DNA from: a virus
Taxonomy: Duplodnaviria; Caudoviricetes
Direction: 5' to 3' (one strand)
Length of the DNA stretch: 51,976 nt
IMG/VR virus record: IMGVR_UViG_3300012909_000006
Location: 1 to 51,976 of that record
Shown here one piece after another: positions 34,885 through 44,384 of this stretch (its first letter is position 1; every line of letters begins with the position of its first letter). Position numbers and translations under genes: made by a program. The notes under the pieces were generated by a model that had not been told where the DNA came from, did not search any database, and saw nothing but the letters and a program-made list of their open reading frames with translations.

Positions 34885-35952
34885 TCAGGCCGCCTTTGTC
34901 TTGGATGACGACCCGACCTGGATCGTGAGCCGTTCACCTGGCTCACCCGTTGTCTCGAATTGCGTGACGTCGATGCCGGCGGCAATCGCCGCTTCCTTGA
35001 GCGCCTTGTTGTCGATGCCGGCGCGGCCCTTGACCGAACTCCAACTGATGACGCCAGGAATTTTGCGGACGCCTTTCTCGCGTAGCCGCGTCTTGATCGC
35101 GTCCTGCAGCTCGCGCACTTGTGCATCCTTGGCGTCGCGCACCGCCTCTGCGGCCTTGACCTCCAGCGCCATGTCGGTGATCTCGGCGGCGAATTGCGGC
35201 TCGACCGGCAGATCGGCAAACGGCAGGTTGCGTCGCTGCACGCCGCAGGCCCGCGTGAACGGGCAATAATTGCATTCACTGCCGCCAGCGATCCAACCCT
35301 CCGGCTTGAGCTGGTCGATGTTCTGCGCTGTCATGATCAGCGCGGCGCGGTCCTTGCCGATCTCGTACAGCCGCGGCTCAAACGCGATCACGAATTCCTT
35401 GACCTCATTCCAGAATGACGCGTCGGTGTAGCTCAGCAGCGAATGCGTCGGTTTGAATTCAGTCTGCTCGCGCACCAGGCCCATCTGGATCTGCACCTGG
35501 TAAAGGTTGGTCGACTTCGGGTCGGTCAGATTGGTGCGTGGATCCGCGGTCTTGCATTCGGCCATGATGCAGTCGGCGTCGGTGCCGAGTTCTTTTTTCT
35601 CACCCGGCGTCAAGTCGACGATCAATCCGTCCGGGGTTGCCGAGATGAAATTGTCAATGAAGGTGCGCTGATTCTTGCCGGCGAATTTCAGCCGATCGCC
35701 GAACCGCTCGCGCATGGCCGGCTCCCAAAAGAAATTCTCAAAGATGGTGCCGCGCGCTCGCGCGCCCCAGCTGTCGACGAAATCATTGTCACGCACCACG
35801 CCATAGACCGGATCGTTTTCGTTCTTGATCCAGAACGTCTTGCGGATGCACTGGCCGATCTCGGATGCGCCGACCGTGTTCATGCGATCGGTCTCAAACA
35901 CCCGGTTGGATGTGACGGCGTATTGATCAAGTGCTGATTTGACCAGGCTCAT
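34885..35952 (-). CDS. Cas4-like PD-(D/E)XK exonuclease with coiled-coil C-terminus
   Basis: ASEIGQC, TPDG, ECKT, QVQIQM motifs and ECNYCPFTRAC (4-Cys Fe-S pattern). Confidence 0.8.
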   Translation of the reverse strand: MSLVKSALDQYAVTSNRVFETDRMNTVGASEIGQCIRKTFWIKNENDPVYGVVRDNDFVDSWGARARGTIFENFFWEPAMRERFGDRLKFAGKNQRTFIDNFISATPDGLIVDLTPGEKKELGTDADCIMAECKTADPRTNLTDPKSTNLYQVQIQMGLVREQTEFKPTHSLLSYTDASFWNEVKEFVIAFEPRLYEIGKDRAALIMTAQNIDQLKPEGWIAGGSECNYCPFTRACGVQRRNLPFADLPVEPQFAAEITDMALEVKAAEAVRDAKDAQVRELQDAIKTRLREKGVRKIPGVISWSSVKGRAGIDNKALKEAAIAAGIDVTQFETTGEPGERLTIQVGSSSKTKAA

Positions 35953-35956
35953 GGCT

Positions 35957-36184
35957 TCACCTTTTTCCGAACGGCACTTGCTTGTGAATTTTCTCGATAC
36001 CTTTCCTGCAGATCTGCTGAACACGGGCATCACTGATGCCGTGCTCTTTAGCGAGTTGATTGAAAGTGACGTCGGCGGCGTAGTGCAGCGCCAACATCAC
36101 AGCCATCCGCTCCGGAAGCATGTTCAAAAGTTGTTTGACAAACACCGTGTCATCGAGATCGCTGCAACGTCGAAGGAGACTCAT
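35957..36184 (-). CDS. Standalone sigma70 region-4-like HTH protein
   Basis: LPERMAVMLALHY...TFNQLAKEHGISDARVQQICRKGIEKI. Confidence 0.75.
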   Translation of the reverse strand: MSLLRRCSDLDDTVFVKQLLNMLPERMAVMLALHYAADVTFNQLAKEHGISDARVQQICRKGIEKIHKQVPFGKR

Positions 36185-36339
36185 GACGCCTCCTTTAACT
36201 GCAGGCTGCGACCGTCGAGATAAGCTTTGACGATCTTGCGAATGATTTGGGTGCGCGTGACCTTGTTGATCTTCGCAAGCATGACGAGTTGTTCGAAATC
36301 GTGTTGGTCGAATGTCGTGGCGATCTTGGTGCTGTTCAT
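36181..36339 (-). CDS. 52-aa ribbon-helix-helix-like protein (not in the ORF track)
   Basis: MNSTKIATTFDQHDFEQLVMLAKINKVTRTQIIRKIVKAYL; ATGA overlaps on both sides. Confidence 0.65.
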   Translation of the reverse strand: MNSTKIATTFDQHDFEQLVMLAKINKVTRTQIIRKIVKAYLDGRSLQLKEAS

Positions 36340-36845
36340 GCTGTCATCACCCTCAGTTCACTACGGATGATTTCGAAAACCGTCGGCGGTTCATCGAAGA
36401 TTGAATCGTCCATCGGCGAGTAGCCGTTGCGGATCCGCAAATTGATGATGGCGCCGCCGATCACGCTGACCGCCATCTCGCGGGAATGCCGGTCCGAATC
36501 CAAAAGCCATTCCTGCTCGCGGATGTAGGCCACCAGGGCGTCACCATCCTCGATGGTCATCTGCTTCAAGTGCTGCAGTAGCGCGCGCCAGTGCTCGCCG
36601 TCGCGACCGTCCAGCATCGCCTGAACTTCGGCGCGCTTGGCCTTGGCATAGGCCCGAAATTGTTTTGATGAATCCTCCATCGCCTGTTCCAGCGGCGACA
36701 GTTTCATCGGCGCGTCCTTTTCGGACTGCACGATCTTGACCTGGCGGTTACGCTCGCGCGTCTCCGCGGCCTTGTGCTTGGCCTTGGTGGCGGCGACCAT
36801 CTGCGTTTGTGCGAAGCGTTCGAAGCTGTTGCTCACGGAGTGCAT
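36336..36845 (-). CDS. Hypothetical protein
   Basis: ORF track; operon packing; start uncertain. Confidence 0.65.
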   Translation of the reverse strand: MHSVSNSFERFAQTQMVAATKAKHKAAETRERNRQVKIVQSEKDAPMKLSPLEQAMEDSSKQFRAYAKAKRAEVQAMLDGRDGEHWRALLQHLKQMTIEDGDALVAYIREQEWLLDSDRHSREMAVSVIGGAIINLRIRNGYSPMDDSIFDEPPTVFEIIRSELRVMTA

Positions 36846-36852
36846 CCCTTGC

Positions 36853-37080
36853 TCATCGCCGCTTCCTCCGCGCCGCGGCTTTGCCGGCTTCAACCTTGCC
36901 CTTCTTGAAACCGCGCTTGAACGATTCACGGGCGATGCGCACCTGCTCTAGTGTCATCCCGTGCTTGCGGGCGATGGTGGCATCTTTCAACTTGGCAAAG
37001 CCAAGGTCATAGACGAGCTGGCCGAGCGGCGTTCGGCCGTACAGAATTTGCTCATCGTCTGACTTACGGCGGATCGGCAT
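36853..37080 (-). CDS. Small basic HTH-like protein
   Basis: DATIARKHGMTLEQVR; GAGGA RBS. Confidence 0.55.
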   Translation of the reverse strand: MPIRRKSDDEQILYGRTPLGQLVYDLGFAKLKDATIARKHGMTLEQVRIARESFKRGFKKGKVEAGKAAARRKRR

Positions 37081-37298
37081 CAGTCCTCTCCCGCGGCTTT
37101 GGCGTAGAGAAAGTCCTGGCTCATCTCGACCAGGATCAGGGTCTGCCTTCGCGACGTCACGATTTCGCAGATCGGCCGGTGATCCTCCGTAAAGGCAACG
37201 ATGTGCAGACCGCATTTCGGGTCATCGCAGAACGCCGCTTCGAAATGATGGGCCCGTGGCGTTTCCGGACCTGGCCGCCAGTTGTCATCGCGGTTCAT
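37080..37298 (-). CDS. Hypothetical protein
   Basis: FCDDPKCGLH; overlapping start/stop. Confidence 0.55.
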   Translation of the reverse strand: MNRDDNWRPGPETPRAHHFEAAFCDDPKCGLHIVAFTEDHRPICEIVTSRRQTLILVEMSQDFLYAKAAGED

Positions 37299-37870
37299 AG
37301 CCGGCCCGCCAGCACGGCGCGCTCGACCTCGGTCAGATCCCAGGCCGCGACGACGTACCAAAGATCCGATTTGTCACTCAGCCGCTTCAATAGAAACGGA
37401 TCGATCGGCGGCGCCTTGGTCCAGTCGGCTTCGAACAGGATGTGGTATGCCTCCAGCGCCCGCCGCGGTCGCAAGCTCAATGGGATCAGCGGCACGATTG
37501 CCTCGGCGCTGCGCCAGTCGGCTTTTCCTGAAAACGTCTTGGCCGGGAATTCAAACCAGCACGATTGAATGCGCCGGCCGTTGCGCCGCCGGCCGCCCGG
37601 CGACATCGTGGCGGCGCCGTTGCCGTGCATCGACAGATGACAAAGTTTCTGATCGGCGCGGGAGATCGCCAGCTTTGGTAAGCCCATTTCGTCAACACCG
37701 GCGGTCGCGATCGACTCCAGTGCCTTGATCACCAGGCCGCCCTTTTCAATGTGACGATAGGTGCGGATGATGTCGGCATCGGCCGGCGTCGAGTAATGCA
37801 GGTTCTTGAGATAAGCCTTGCGGTGCAGCGCGGCTTCCTCGGGTGATAATTTCAGCGGCACATGGTGCAT
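37295..37870 (-). CDS. Conserved phage hypothetical protein
   Basis: AGGAG RBS; DPFLLKR...AAWDLTEVERAVL. Confidence 0.7.
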   Translation of the reverse strand: MHHVPLKLSPEEAALHRKAYLKNLHYSTPADADIIRTYRHIEKGGLVIKALESIATAGVDEMGLPKLAISRADQKLCHLSMHGNGAATMSPGGRRRNGRRIQSCWFEFPAKTFSGKADWRSAEAIVPLIPLSLRPRRALEAYHILFEADWTKAPPIDPFLLKRLSDKSDLWYVVAAWDLTEVERAVLAGRL

Positions 37871-37871
37871 G

Positions 37872-38270
37872 TCATGCTCCTATCGTGACGGACGGTTTCA
37901 GCACGCCCCACCCAATCAGGATGGCGACGGCGTCGTGAAGTGTGTGGGCGACGGCGTAGGAATGACCGAGCCGTTTGCATTTGGCGGCGAAACCAAGCTG
38001 CGCATCCGAGACCCGGCCGCCTTTGCGTTTCTTCATTTCCAGCCAGAACGTGACGGCGTCCGGCATCAGGATCGCGAGATCCGGCGCACCCTTTGTCAGG
38101 CCTTCGGCCTTCATCGCCTTGCCGGTTTTCCAGGATCGCTTGCCGGCGTTCGGTATCGCGATCACCGTGATGTCCGGGTGCGCCTTGCCGACCTCGATGA
38201 TGCCGAGCAGCTTGACCTGCAGCGAATGTTCACTCGGGTTGCGCGGATCGGCATCAACAAAGGCAATCAT
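37872..38270 (-). CDS. VRR-NUC domain nuclease
   Basis: SEHSLQ, AIPNAG, GAPDL, LEMK and SDAQ motifs. Confidence 0.85.
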   Translation of the reverse strand: MIAFVDADPRNPSEHSLQVKLLGIIEVGKAHPDITVIAIPNAGKRSWKTGKAMKAEGLTKGAPDLAILMPDAVTFWLEMKKRKGGRVSDAQLGFAAKCKRLGHSYAVAHTLHDAVAILIGWGVLKPSVTIGA

Positions 38271-38737
38271 TGTGTAAGTGAAGGCCCAGGCGAACGGGGA
38301 GCGGGCGTAGGTGGATAGGACAGCAGACCCCATTTACCTTCCGCATGCTCGCGATAGACGTTGGGAGATTTTTTGAATCCGGTGATCACCTGCTTCAAAG
38401 CGATTTCATTATTGGTTGCCAGACGAGAACCCTGTTCCCTCAATGGCTCAATCAGATCTTTCGGGAGTTGAGGGCCGAATTCGACCAGCCTCCTAAGATG
38501 AGATCCGAAAGAAACATTCATGATATTTTTTGGCAGCGTGCCGCGTTTCCGCCGGGCTGGCTCCGCTGCTACCGGCTCCGATGTCGTGGCCGATGCGGGC
38601 TCGGCGATTGGCGTTGCCGGCGCATTGCCGTACATCACGGATACAATCTTGGCTAACTTCAATCCGTCTTCCGGAGTCAATTTTAGCTTGCTGATGGCAC
38701 TGATAGCTTCACCGAGTGGATCGAATTCGGTAGTCAT
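38267..38737 (-). CDS. Hypothetical protein, possible winged-helix C-terminus
   Basis: GGGAG RBS; ATGA overlaps. Confidence 0.55.
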   Translation of the reverse strand: MTTEFDPLGEAISAISKLKLTPEDGLKLAKIVSVMYGNAPATPIAEPASATTSEPVAAEPARRKRGTLPKNIMNVSFGSHLRRLVEFGPQLPKDLIEPLREQGSRLATNNEIALKQVITGFKKSPNVYREHAEGKWGLLSYPPTPAPRSPGPSLTQ

Positions 38738-39039
38738 GACGTCTCTCCCTTGGTTGCGAAATGAACGTCGGCGTTGCAGCCGGATCGGGTCTTGCGCTTG
38801 GTGCCGGTGGTGATCAGCCAACCTTTTTTCTTCATGTCGGAGAATCTTGCCGAGCAGGTTTGATGCTTCATGCCGAGAATCCGTTCGGCCTCATCGCAGG
38901 TCAGCCCAAGTGTCGGCCGCTTGCGCAACACCGCCAGGATCCTGGCGTAGTCTGCATTCTTGTTGGGCGTGGTCGCTTCATGCGCCTCGATGCTGCGCGC
39001 GTTGCCACCGTGATAGTCGGCGGTGATGTCGTCGCTCAT
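38734..39039 (-). CDS. Winged-helix DNA-binding protein
   Basis: GLTCDEAERILGMKHQTCSARFSDM...G.KRKTRSG. Confidence 0.7.
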   Translation of the reverse strand: MSDDITADYHGGNARSIEAHEATTPNKNADYARILAVLRKRPTLGLTCDEAERILGMKHQTCSARFSDMKKKGWLITTGTKRKTRSGCNADVHFATKGETS

Positions 39040-39350
39040 GCCGCTTTCCTCGCAGCTTTTTTCGCGCTGTTGACGACGTGATAGCTGGACCAAATGCCGA
39101 ATTTCTGGCTCTTGATTTTCACATGCGTGCCGGCCAGCAATTCGTTGATCTGGAAAATGTGCTGCTGCACGCGATGGGTATTGCCGCGCCGATCGTCCTC
39201 GATGTTGGCGGCGATGCCTTCGGCGGTGATGCCAGGAAAGCGTTGAATGGTGTCGAAGATCGCTGCCTTGCGTGCTGGCAAATAGATGCCGCCGCGCTCT
39301 TGTGGCGGTAACGGTTGTCGACAGTGTCGGCAGAGTTCGATCTGGCTCAT
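39036..39350 (-). CDS. Zn-ribbon plus winged-helix protein
   Basis: CRHC; IFDTIQRFPGIT...VQQHIFQIN. Confidence 0.65.
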   Translation of the reverse strand: MSQIELCRHCRQPLPPQERGGIYLPARKAAIFDTIQRFPGITAEGIAANIEDDRRGNTHRVQQHIFQINELLAGTHVKIKSQKFGIWSSYHVVNSAKKAARKAA

Positions 39351-39664
39351 GCCGCCATCTCCGTCAGCCGGTCGATGACGGCGCCGCCTATGCTTTGGGC
39401 ATGGCCCTGGCTGTCGCGGGTCAGCGCGTGCTGAATGGTCTGCAGCTGCACGCCATGCTGCAGCGCCAGTGACAGCACGATGGCGAAGTCACGGGCAATC
39501 GCCTGGATCTGCTCGCCGCTCTTGCCGCCGGTAATGAAAACCTCGCCGATCGACCCGTCGTCATAGAAACCGACATCGACGACGTGGTTGCCAGCTAGGC
39601 CACCGAACGATATTTCGAAACGTTCACAGCCACGGCGATCGGGTAACGCACAACGTGCTGTCAT
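39347..39664 (-). CDS. TSCPD-domain protein (class II RNR C-terminal-like)
   Basis: LPDRR...GFYDDGSIGEVFI..GKSG...AIVLSLALQHGV. Confidence 0.8.
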   Translation of the reverse strand: MTARCALPDRRGCERFEISFGGLAGNHVVDVGFYDDGSIGEVFITGGKSGEQIQAIARDFAIVLSLALQHGVQLQTIQHALTRDSQGHAQSIGGAVIDRLTEMAA

Positions 39665-40185
39665 TGCCGTACCTTTCGTGACAGATGGAAATGCCCCAGG
39701 CAGTAGCGTGAGCCTTCGATCTGCGGCCGGCCGCAGAATTGATATGGGTACTCGCCGTCGCACGGGAATCGGCACTCACCCTTGCGCAACGCCAGCACCG
39801 GCAGGTTGGCAACGCGCAAAGCGTGCCGCGGCAGTTCTGACTTCGGCAGCAATGGGGTGATCGGTGTCGTCCGCAGCAACAGCGGCAACGGCTTTGAAAA
39901 CTTCGGCGCGAAGCGATCGTAACCGATGCGCTCATGCGCCGGCTTAGCGCGACTCTTGCGCGGCTTGCGCGGCATCGGCTCGGTCGGCTTGCGTCGCGGC
40001 AACGCCAGGCGCCGCGCTTTGCCGATGCATTGATTCTTGGTCAGCTTGATACGGAATTCATCGGCGAGCGTTCGCGCGATTACGGTGTAGCCGTGGCCGC
40101 TCTGATGGAGTTCGGTCAGGCGTTCCGTCAAACCCGATTTGCTGAACCAGACCGCATTGCGTGAATTATGTTCGGAGTGAACCAT
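39661..40185 (-). CDS. gcrA: GcrA-family cell-cycle regulator homolog
   Basis: L..L...G.....IA..L...TKNQCIGKARRL N-domain; CRFP...FCG.P...SRYC..H C-domain. Confidence 0.88.
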   Translation of the reverse strand: MVHSEHNSRNAVWFSKSGLTERLTELHQSGHGYTVIARTLADEFRIKLTKNQCIGKARRLALPRRKPTEPMPRKPRKSRAKPAHERIGYDRFAPKFSKPLPLLLRTTPITPLLPKSELPRHALRVANLPVLALRKGECRFPCDGEYPYQFCGRPQIEGSRYCLGHFHLSRKVRQ

Positions 40186-40341
40186 ACGGCGTCTCCTTTT
40201 TATTTTGGTATTGGGCCAGCCGGGTTCGTTCCCGCCGGAAGGATCCCGGCTGGCCGTCGTCTTCCGCGGGTACGCGAAACCAAAATCCCGCAGAAATTTT
40301 TATGTCGCTAAGATATCGATCCGTAGTTGCGGGCCGTGCTG

Positions 40342-40590
40342 TTACGCGGCGCGTCGTTTAGAAGGCTTCTGAAAACCACGCATTTTCCATAGGTGCGGCG
40401 GCGCGGTGTATCCGCGCTTGGCCAATTCCTTGATCATCAGGGCGTAGGTATTTGCCGGAAACGCTTCGAACGAATGTAGCCAGTTCCATACCGCGGGATC
40501 TTTAGCCTCGGTCAGCTCCCCGACCTTTTCGGGACCGCCCAAAACTTCAATAATTTCCGCGGCCTTTGTCAGGCTTGTCAGTTTTTTCAT
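40342..40590 (-). CDS. Cro-like regulator
   Basis: IIEVLGGPEKVGELT....AVWNW....FP; divergent from the XRE repressor. Confidence 0.75.
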   Translation of the reverse strand: MKKLTSLTKAAEIIEVLGGPEKVGELTEAKDPAVWNWLHSFEAFPANTYALMIKELAKRGYTAPPHLWKMRGFQKPSKRRAA

Positions 40591-40619
40591 CACACGGTTA
40601 CCCTGGTGAGGACAACCAT

Positions 40620-40810
40620 CGTGCTCCAAAATTCCTTTGGAAGTCAAGCCTACCTAATAAGCCAGCTCAAAAATTTCTTTGGAACGAATTATGAACGTCA
40701 ATCAACATTACCGTGACAGGACTCTAAGTTTGAGTTAGCGACTAGCCTTCAAAATAATTTTGGAAAACGCCAATTTGGCGTTGACCAAATCAGAATTTTT
40801 ATGCAATTTT
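40620..40810. promoter_or_regulatory. Lysis-lysogeny switch: divergent promoters and three operators
   Basis: YCAAA-N5-TTTGG at 40626-40640, 40668-40682 and 40749-40763; TTGACT on minus at 40647-40642; TTGACC on plus at 40781. Confidence 0.75.
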
Positions 40811-40816
40811 CGGTTT

Positions 40817-41113
40817 ATGGCTGACGAACTTCTCATTACTGAAAACGAACTTGAAGCGATCCGTCGCAGGCTTATCGCAATTCGCAGATTCGTGACTGGT
40901 GACAATCAGTCTGAGTTCGCGCGAAAGCTCGAAATTCATCCCAACCGCTGGAATAACATCGAGCGCGGTTCACCGCTCACCCTGCGGTTGGCAATGCAGA
41001 TTGAAAAGCAAACTGGTTTGCCGATCGAATATACGATCTTCGGGCAGACTATTCGGCTGACGCCAGCCAAGCGGCGTCAGCTGGCAGAGCTTGAGCGTTC
41101 CTGGAATAAGTGA
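40817..41113 (+). CDS. CI-like XRE repressor without a peptidase domain
   Basis: NQSEFARKLEIHPNRWNNIERG HTH; only 98 aa. Confidence 0.8.
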   Translation: MADELLITENELEAIRRRLIAIRRFVTGDNQSEFARKLEIHPNRWNNIERGSPLTLRLAMQIEKQTGLPIEYTIFGQTIRLTPAKRRQLAELERSWNK

Positions 41114-41446
41114 TTGCTGGCGAACCAGATCAGCTCATCGAGCATGACCAGCGCGTCATGGTCGGAAACACCGGTCGCGAAAAGATCAGATCGTCGGCCG
41201 GCGCGGATGCCTGACCGTTCATATTCCAGGTGTGCTAAACACTTTTCTTGATTTGGTTCCAGATCCGGGACGATTGCGTAAGCGCCCATGCGAAGCGCCA
41301 GTTCCTGTTCCGTCATTTCACTCCCCTGTGGCGCTTCTGATATAGACCTCCACATATCCGATTGATCAGTTGGCGCCAGTAAAGTTACGCTGACGACTGC
41401 TACCGTCAAGGGCAATGTCCGGTACCAGACAAAATATATTGGCACT

Positions 41447-41490
41447 TCCCAAATTCCTTTGACTACCAAACTTTTTTGGGTATAGGCTGA
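41447..41490 (+). promoter_or_regulatory. Early promoter overlapped by operator-like sites
   Basis: TTGACT 41459-41464, TATAGGCT 41481-41488; operator-like 41448-41462 and 41465-41479. Confidence 0.65.
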
Positions 41491-41520
41491 CCTCCGACAC
41501 ACCATCGGAGGCCGCGTATC

Positions 41521-41826
41521 ATGGCCGATCGTGCACATCTCCAGCGTCTGGCGCGTGAATTCTCTCAGCAGCATCGGCCGCTTGAAGCGGGGTGGATCAG
41601 CTTCCGCCTGGCATGCGACCTTGAAGATGCTCCCGATCAACAGCTCGAAGACATGCGCAACTCGTTTTTTGCCGGCGCGCGCTATCTGTTGACCGCTATC
41701 GTCGAACTGGAGATGAGCGACAACGAATCCGATTTCGGTCGCGGCATGGAGATGTACGAGCGCGAGCTGCGCGAATTCATCCGCGATTTCAGTTCTCGCA
41801 ACATACCGACGGTAGGATCCGCCTGA
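41521..41826 (+). CDS. Hypothetical protein
   Basis: GGAGG RBS; QLEDMRNSFFAGA. Confidence 0.7.
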   Translation: MADRAHLQRLAREFSQQHRPLEAGWISFRLACDLEDAPDQQLEDMRNSFFAGARYLLTAIVELEMSDNESDFGRGMEMYERELREFIRDFSSRNIPTVGSA

Positions 41827-41969
41827 TGGGAGTACGTCATGTCTCCATTCTGGATCGGATTGCTGATCGGTTTGTTCAGCGGCGGCTCGTTGGGCGCGCT
41901 GATTATGGCAGCCGTGGTGCTGGCCAAGGATGCGGATCGCGCGGCTGGAATAAAGGATGAGGGGGAGCG

Positions 41970-42377
41970 ATGATCATGCAGTTGGAAGCGCCGCCACTGG
42001 CGATCACCGTCGTGCTCGCCTCATCCCTGGCTGCGATCGGCATCGTTGCGGCTACGGCTTCGCGCAGCGCGCCACCGGCCATTGCACAGTTCGCTGCGTT
42101 GATCCCGCCGCCGGCCTATTTCGATGAACGCTGGTGGATCGGGGATGATGATAATCCAGTCCTGCTCAAGGCCGACCGGGCGCCGCTGGCGCCGATCATG
42201 AATCGAACCGAGCGTCGTGAGGCGGCGTTGGTTGGGATGGCGACGCCACGAATTGACGTGGCTCAAACTGTCGGGGCGACTGTAAGCGCCCGTCGCCATC
42301 ACAGTTTCTGTGACCGCAACCCAACGAAAAAAAGGAAAGTCTGGATATCGAGTACGCGGTGGACTTGCCGAAAATGA
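41970..42377 (+). CDS. Hypothetical membrane-anchored protein
   Basis: N-terminal hydrophobic helix; GGGAG RBS. Confidence 0.55.
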   Translation: MIMQLEAPPLAITVVLASSLAAIGIVAATASRSAPPAIAQFAALIPPPAYFDERWWIGDDDNPVLLKADRAPLAPIMNRTERREAALVGMATPRIDVAQTVGATVSARRHHSFCDRNPTKKRKVWISSTRWTCRK

Positions 42378-42769
42378 TCAAACCCTGGAGCGAAGTCACG
42401 CCGCACATCTACATGCCGGATTACCAGGCAATGGGTGACTGTCGGGTCTGCGGTCACGCCGAAAATCAACCATGGCATCTATACGGTATGGGAACCAATT
42501 CGACCGGCTGCACAGAATGGGAACGCGACTATGACCCGGTCACCGAACAACCAATCGAGGAACCGGCCATGACCGCAATCGATATGTCTCGCCTGGATCT
42601 GCAGAAGAAAGAATTTGATACGCTGGTCGCACTGACCAAGGCCTACAATGCCTTACCGCCGGTTGTCGATGACGACTATCCCGAGATGCGCTTTCGTTAC
42701 GAAACCGCTTTGCGCGACTTCATATATGCGTTGGAAGATAACGGCCGACTGATCAGGGTGCCCAAATGA
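42374..42769 (+). CDS. Hypothetical protein (may start later, near 42569)
   Basis: ATGA overlaps; second GAGGA RBS before MTAID. Confidence 0.55.
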   Translation: MIKPWSEVTPHIYMPDYQAMGDCRVCGHAENQPWHLYGMGTNSTGCTEWERDYDPVTEQPIEEPAMTAIDMSRLDLQKKEFDTLVALTKAYNALPPVVDDDYPEMRFRYETALRDFIYALEDNGRLIRVPK

Positions 42770-42978
42770 TGATCGTCAAGGTGCAGATCCCGATTGTGAG
42801 CAACGACCCGGCGCGGCCGGCGCTGGTCTATGCCGAGCGACACAAAAATCAGGTGCAGCAGTCGCTCGATGCGGCGACGGTTGCTCAGATGGGCGACGAC
42901 CTCAAAGGATACTTCGAAGCTGAATTCAAGAATGGCCGGTGGATCATCGGCAAGCGCGTCGCCGACAGGAAGTGGTGA
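42766..42978 (+). CDS. Hypothetical protein
   Basis: Overlapping start/stop; IVKVQIP...KGYFEA. Confidence 0.65.
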   Translation: MMIVKVQIPIVSNDPARPALVYAERHKNQVQQSLDAATVAQMGDDLKGYFEAEFKNGRWIIGKRVADRKW

Positions 42979-43184
42979 TGTCACTCTACACGGTTTACCG
43001 CGTCGAGCATGATGGTTTCGAGGGTATCGCGATCGGCAGCTACATCACGCTAGAAGGCAAGGAGGGCGTGGTGCTGCAGCAGATCAATACCCGCGTGGTT
43101 CACGTTTATTCCCGGCGCTGGTTGGCGCCAACCGAATTCGAATATGACGCGGACAGTCGCCGCGTCGCAAGGAAGACCGGATGA
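42978..43184 (+). CDS. Hypothetical protein
   Basis: TGATG overlap; GKEGVVLQQINTRVVHVY. Confidence 0.6.
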   Translation: MSLYTVYRVEHDGFEGIAIGSYITLEGKEGVVLQQINTRVVHVYSRRWLAPTEFEYDADSRRVARKTG

Positions 43185-43353
43185 CGACCCCGACTTACGA
43201 TGCGGCCTGCTACGCGCTAGCAGAACATTTTCTACAGGACGATGCGCTCGACGACATCGAGCTGCACGAAATGCTGTGCTGCGACCTGGCACGCGAGATC
43301 CAGCAAGCGATTGAAGGTTGGCTGTTCATTCACGTCATGGCGGAGCGCTCGAC

Positions 43354-43995
43354 ATGCTGAACGCGGCAATCAAAGACATCCCCCTGCCCGTGCGCATGAC
43401 CCGCCGGCCGGTGTCGTCACGCGGATTCCCGGTGCCGTGGTTTGTTTCGTTCCGGGATGGCGATTGGGATTTTGTCAACCTGGATCCGCGCAAGATCGTC
43501 GATGCCTATCATCAGCAGATCTGCTGGTTGTGCGGCGAGAAGCTTGGCCAGTTCAAATCATTTTGCATTGGACCGATGTGTAGTATTAACCGGGCGACTA
43601 GCGAGCCTGCACAACACAAGGAATGCAGCGAATACGCGGTGCGCGCCTGTCCGTTCCTCGCGAGGCCGGGCATGAGACGCAACGACAAGGCGACGCTGGC
43701 GCCCGGAAACATTGCCGGCATCCACCTCGACCACAATCCTGGTGCTTGCGCGATCTGGACCACTAAATCCTACAAGCCGATGCAGGTTGGCGACGGCGTA
43801 CTGTTCGAACTTGGCGACCCGGTCAGCGTCAGCTGGTGGGCGCACGGTCGCAAGGCAACCCGTGCCGAGATCGACGCCGCGATTGCCAAGGGCTTGCCAA
43901 AACTGCACCAGGCCGCGGCCCTAGAAGGCAAGGACGCCATGCGTGACCTGGATCGCTATTTAGCGCGTGCCGAAAAACTGTTGCCGGCGGAGTAG
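43354..43995 (+). CDS. Conserved phage protein, putative Zn-binding
   Basis: GFPVPWF, CWLCG and EP..HKEC..YA..ACPFL motifs. Confidence 0.7.
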   Translation: MLNAAIKDIPLPVRMTRRPVSSRGFPVPWFVSFRDGDWDFVNLDPRKIVDAYHQQICWLCGEKLGQFKSFCIGPMCSINRATSEPAQHKECSEYAVRACPFLARPGMRRNDKATLAPGNIAGIHLDHNPGACAIWTTKSYKPMQVGDGVLFELGDPVSVSWWAHGRKATRAEIDAAIAKGLPKLHQAAALEGKDAMRDLDRYLARAEKLLPAE

Positions 43996-44177
43996 ATCAT
44001 GACAACCGAGAAGCCAACCGAGAAACGATTTGTTCTCCATTACTGGGAAGGCGGACCGTTGACCGAGGACGGTTGCTCGACGACATGTATGCTGCCGCAC
44101 GATCATGAAGGCCCGCATCAGTGGACGCGCGATGACAAGATTGAAATCTCGTTCCCGGTTAGAGCGGCGGAGTGAGC

Positions 44178-44384
44178 ATGAAATTGGTAGTCGAATTCGA
44201 GAGGCCGACAGGTGCCAGCATCGACGACGTCGCCGACTTCGTTCACTCGGCGCTGTCGTCCTGGGGCGGCGGTCTGCATCCGGAAGACCCGATGTTTCAT
44301 TCGCTGCGTGACCGGATGCAATACATCACGGTTCACGGCAAGAAGTACCTGGTGGTCAAGGATGGATTGGTGGTCTGCAAATGA
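44178..44384 (+). CDS. Hypothetical protein
   Basis: GGAG RBS; WGGGLHPEDPMF. Confidence 0.6.
   Translation: MKLVVEFERPTGASIDDVADFVHSALSSWGGGLHPEDPMFHSLRDRMQYITVHGKKYLVVKDGLVVCK

Noticed and set aside
34885-35952. Cas4 as part of a CRISPR system
   Set aside because: It is a solo Cas4-like nuclease in the usual phage recombination/replication context next to an SSB-like gene.
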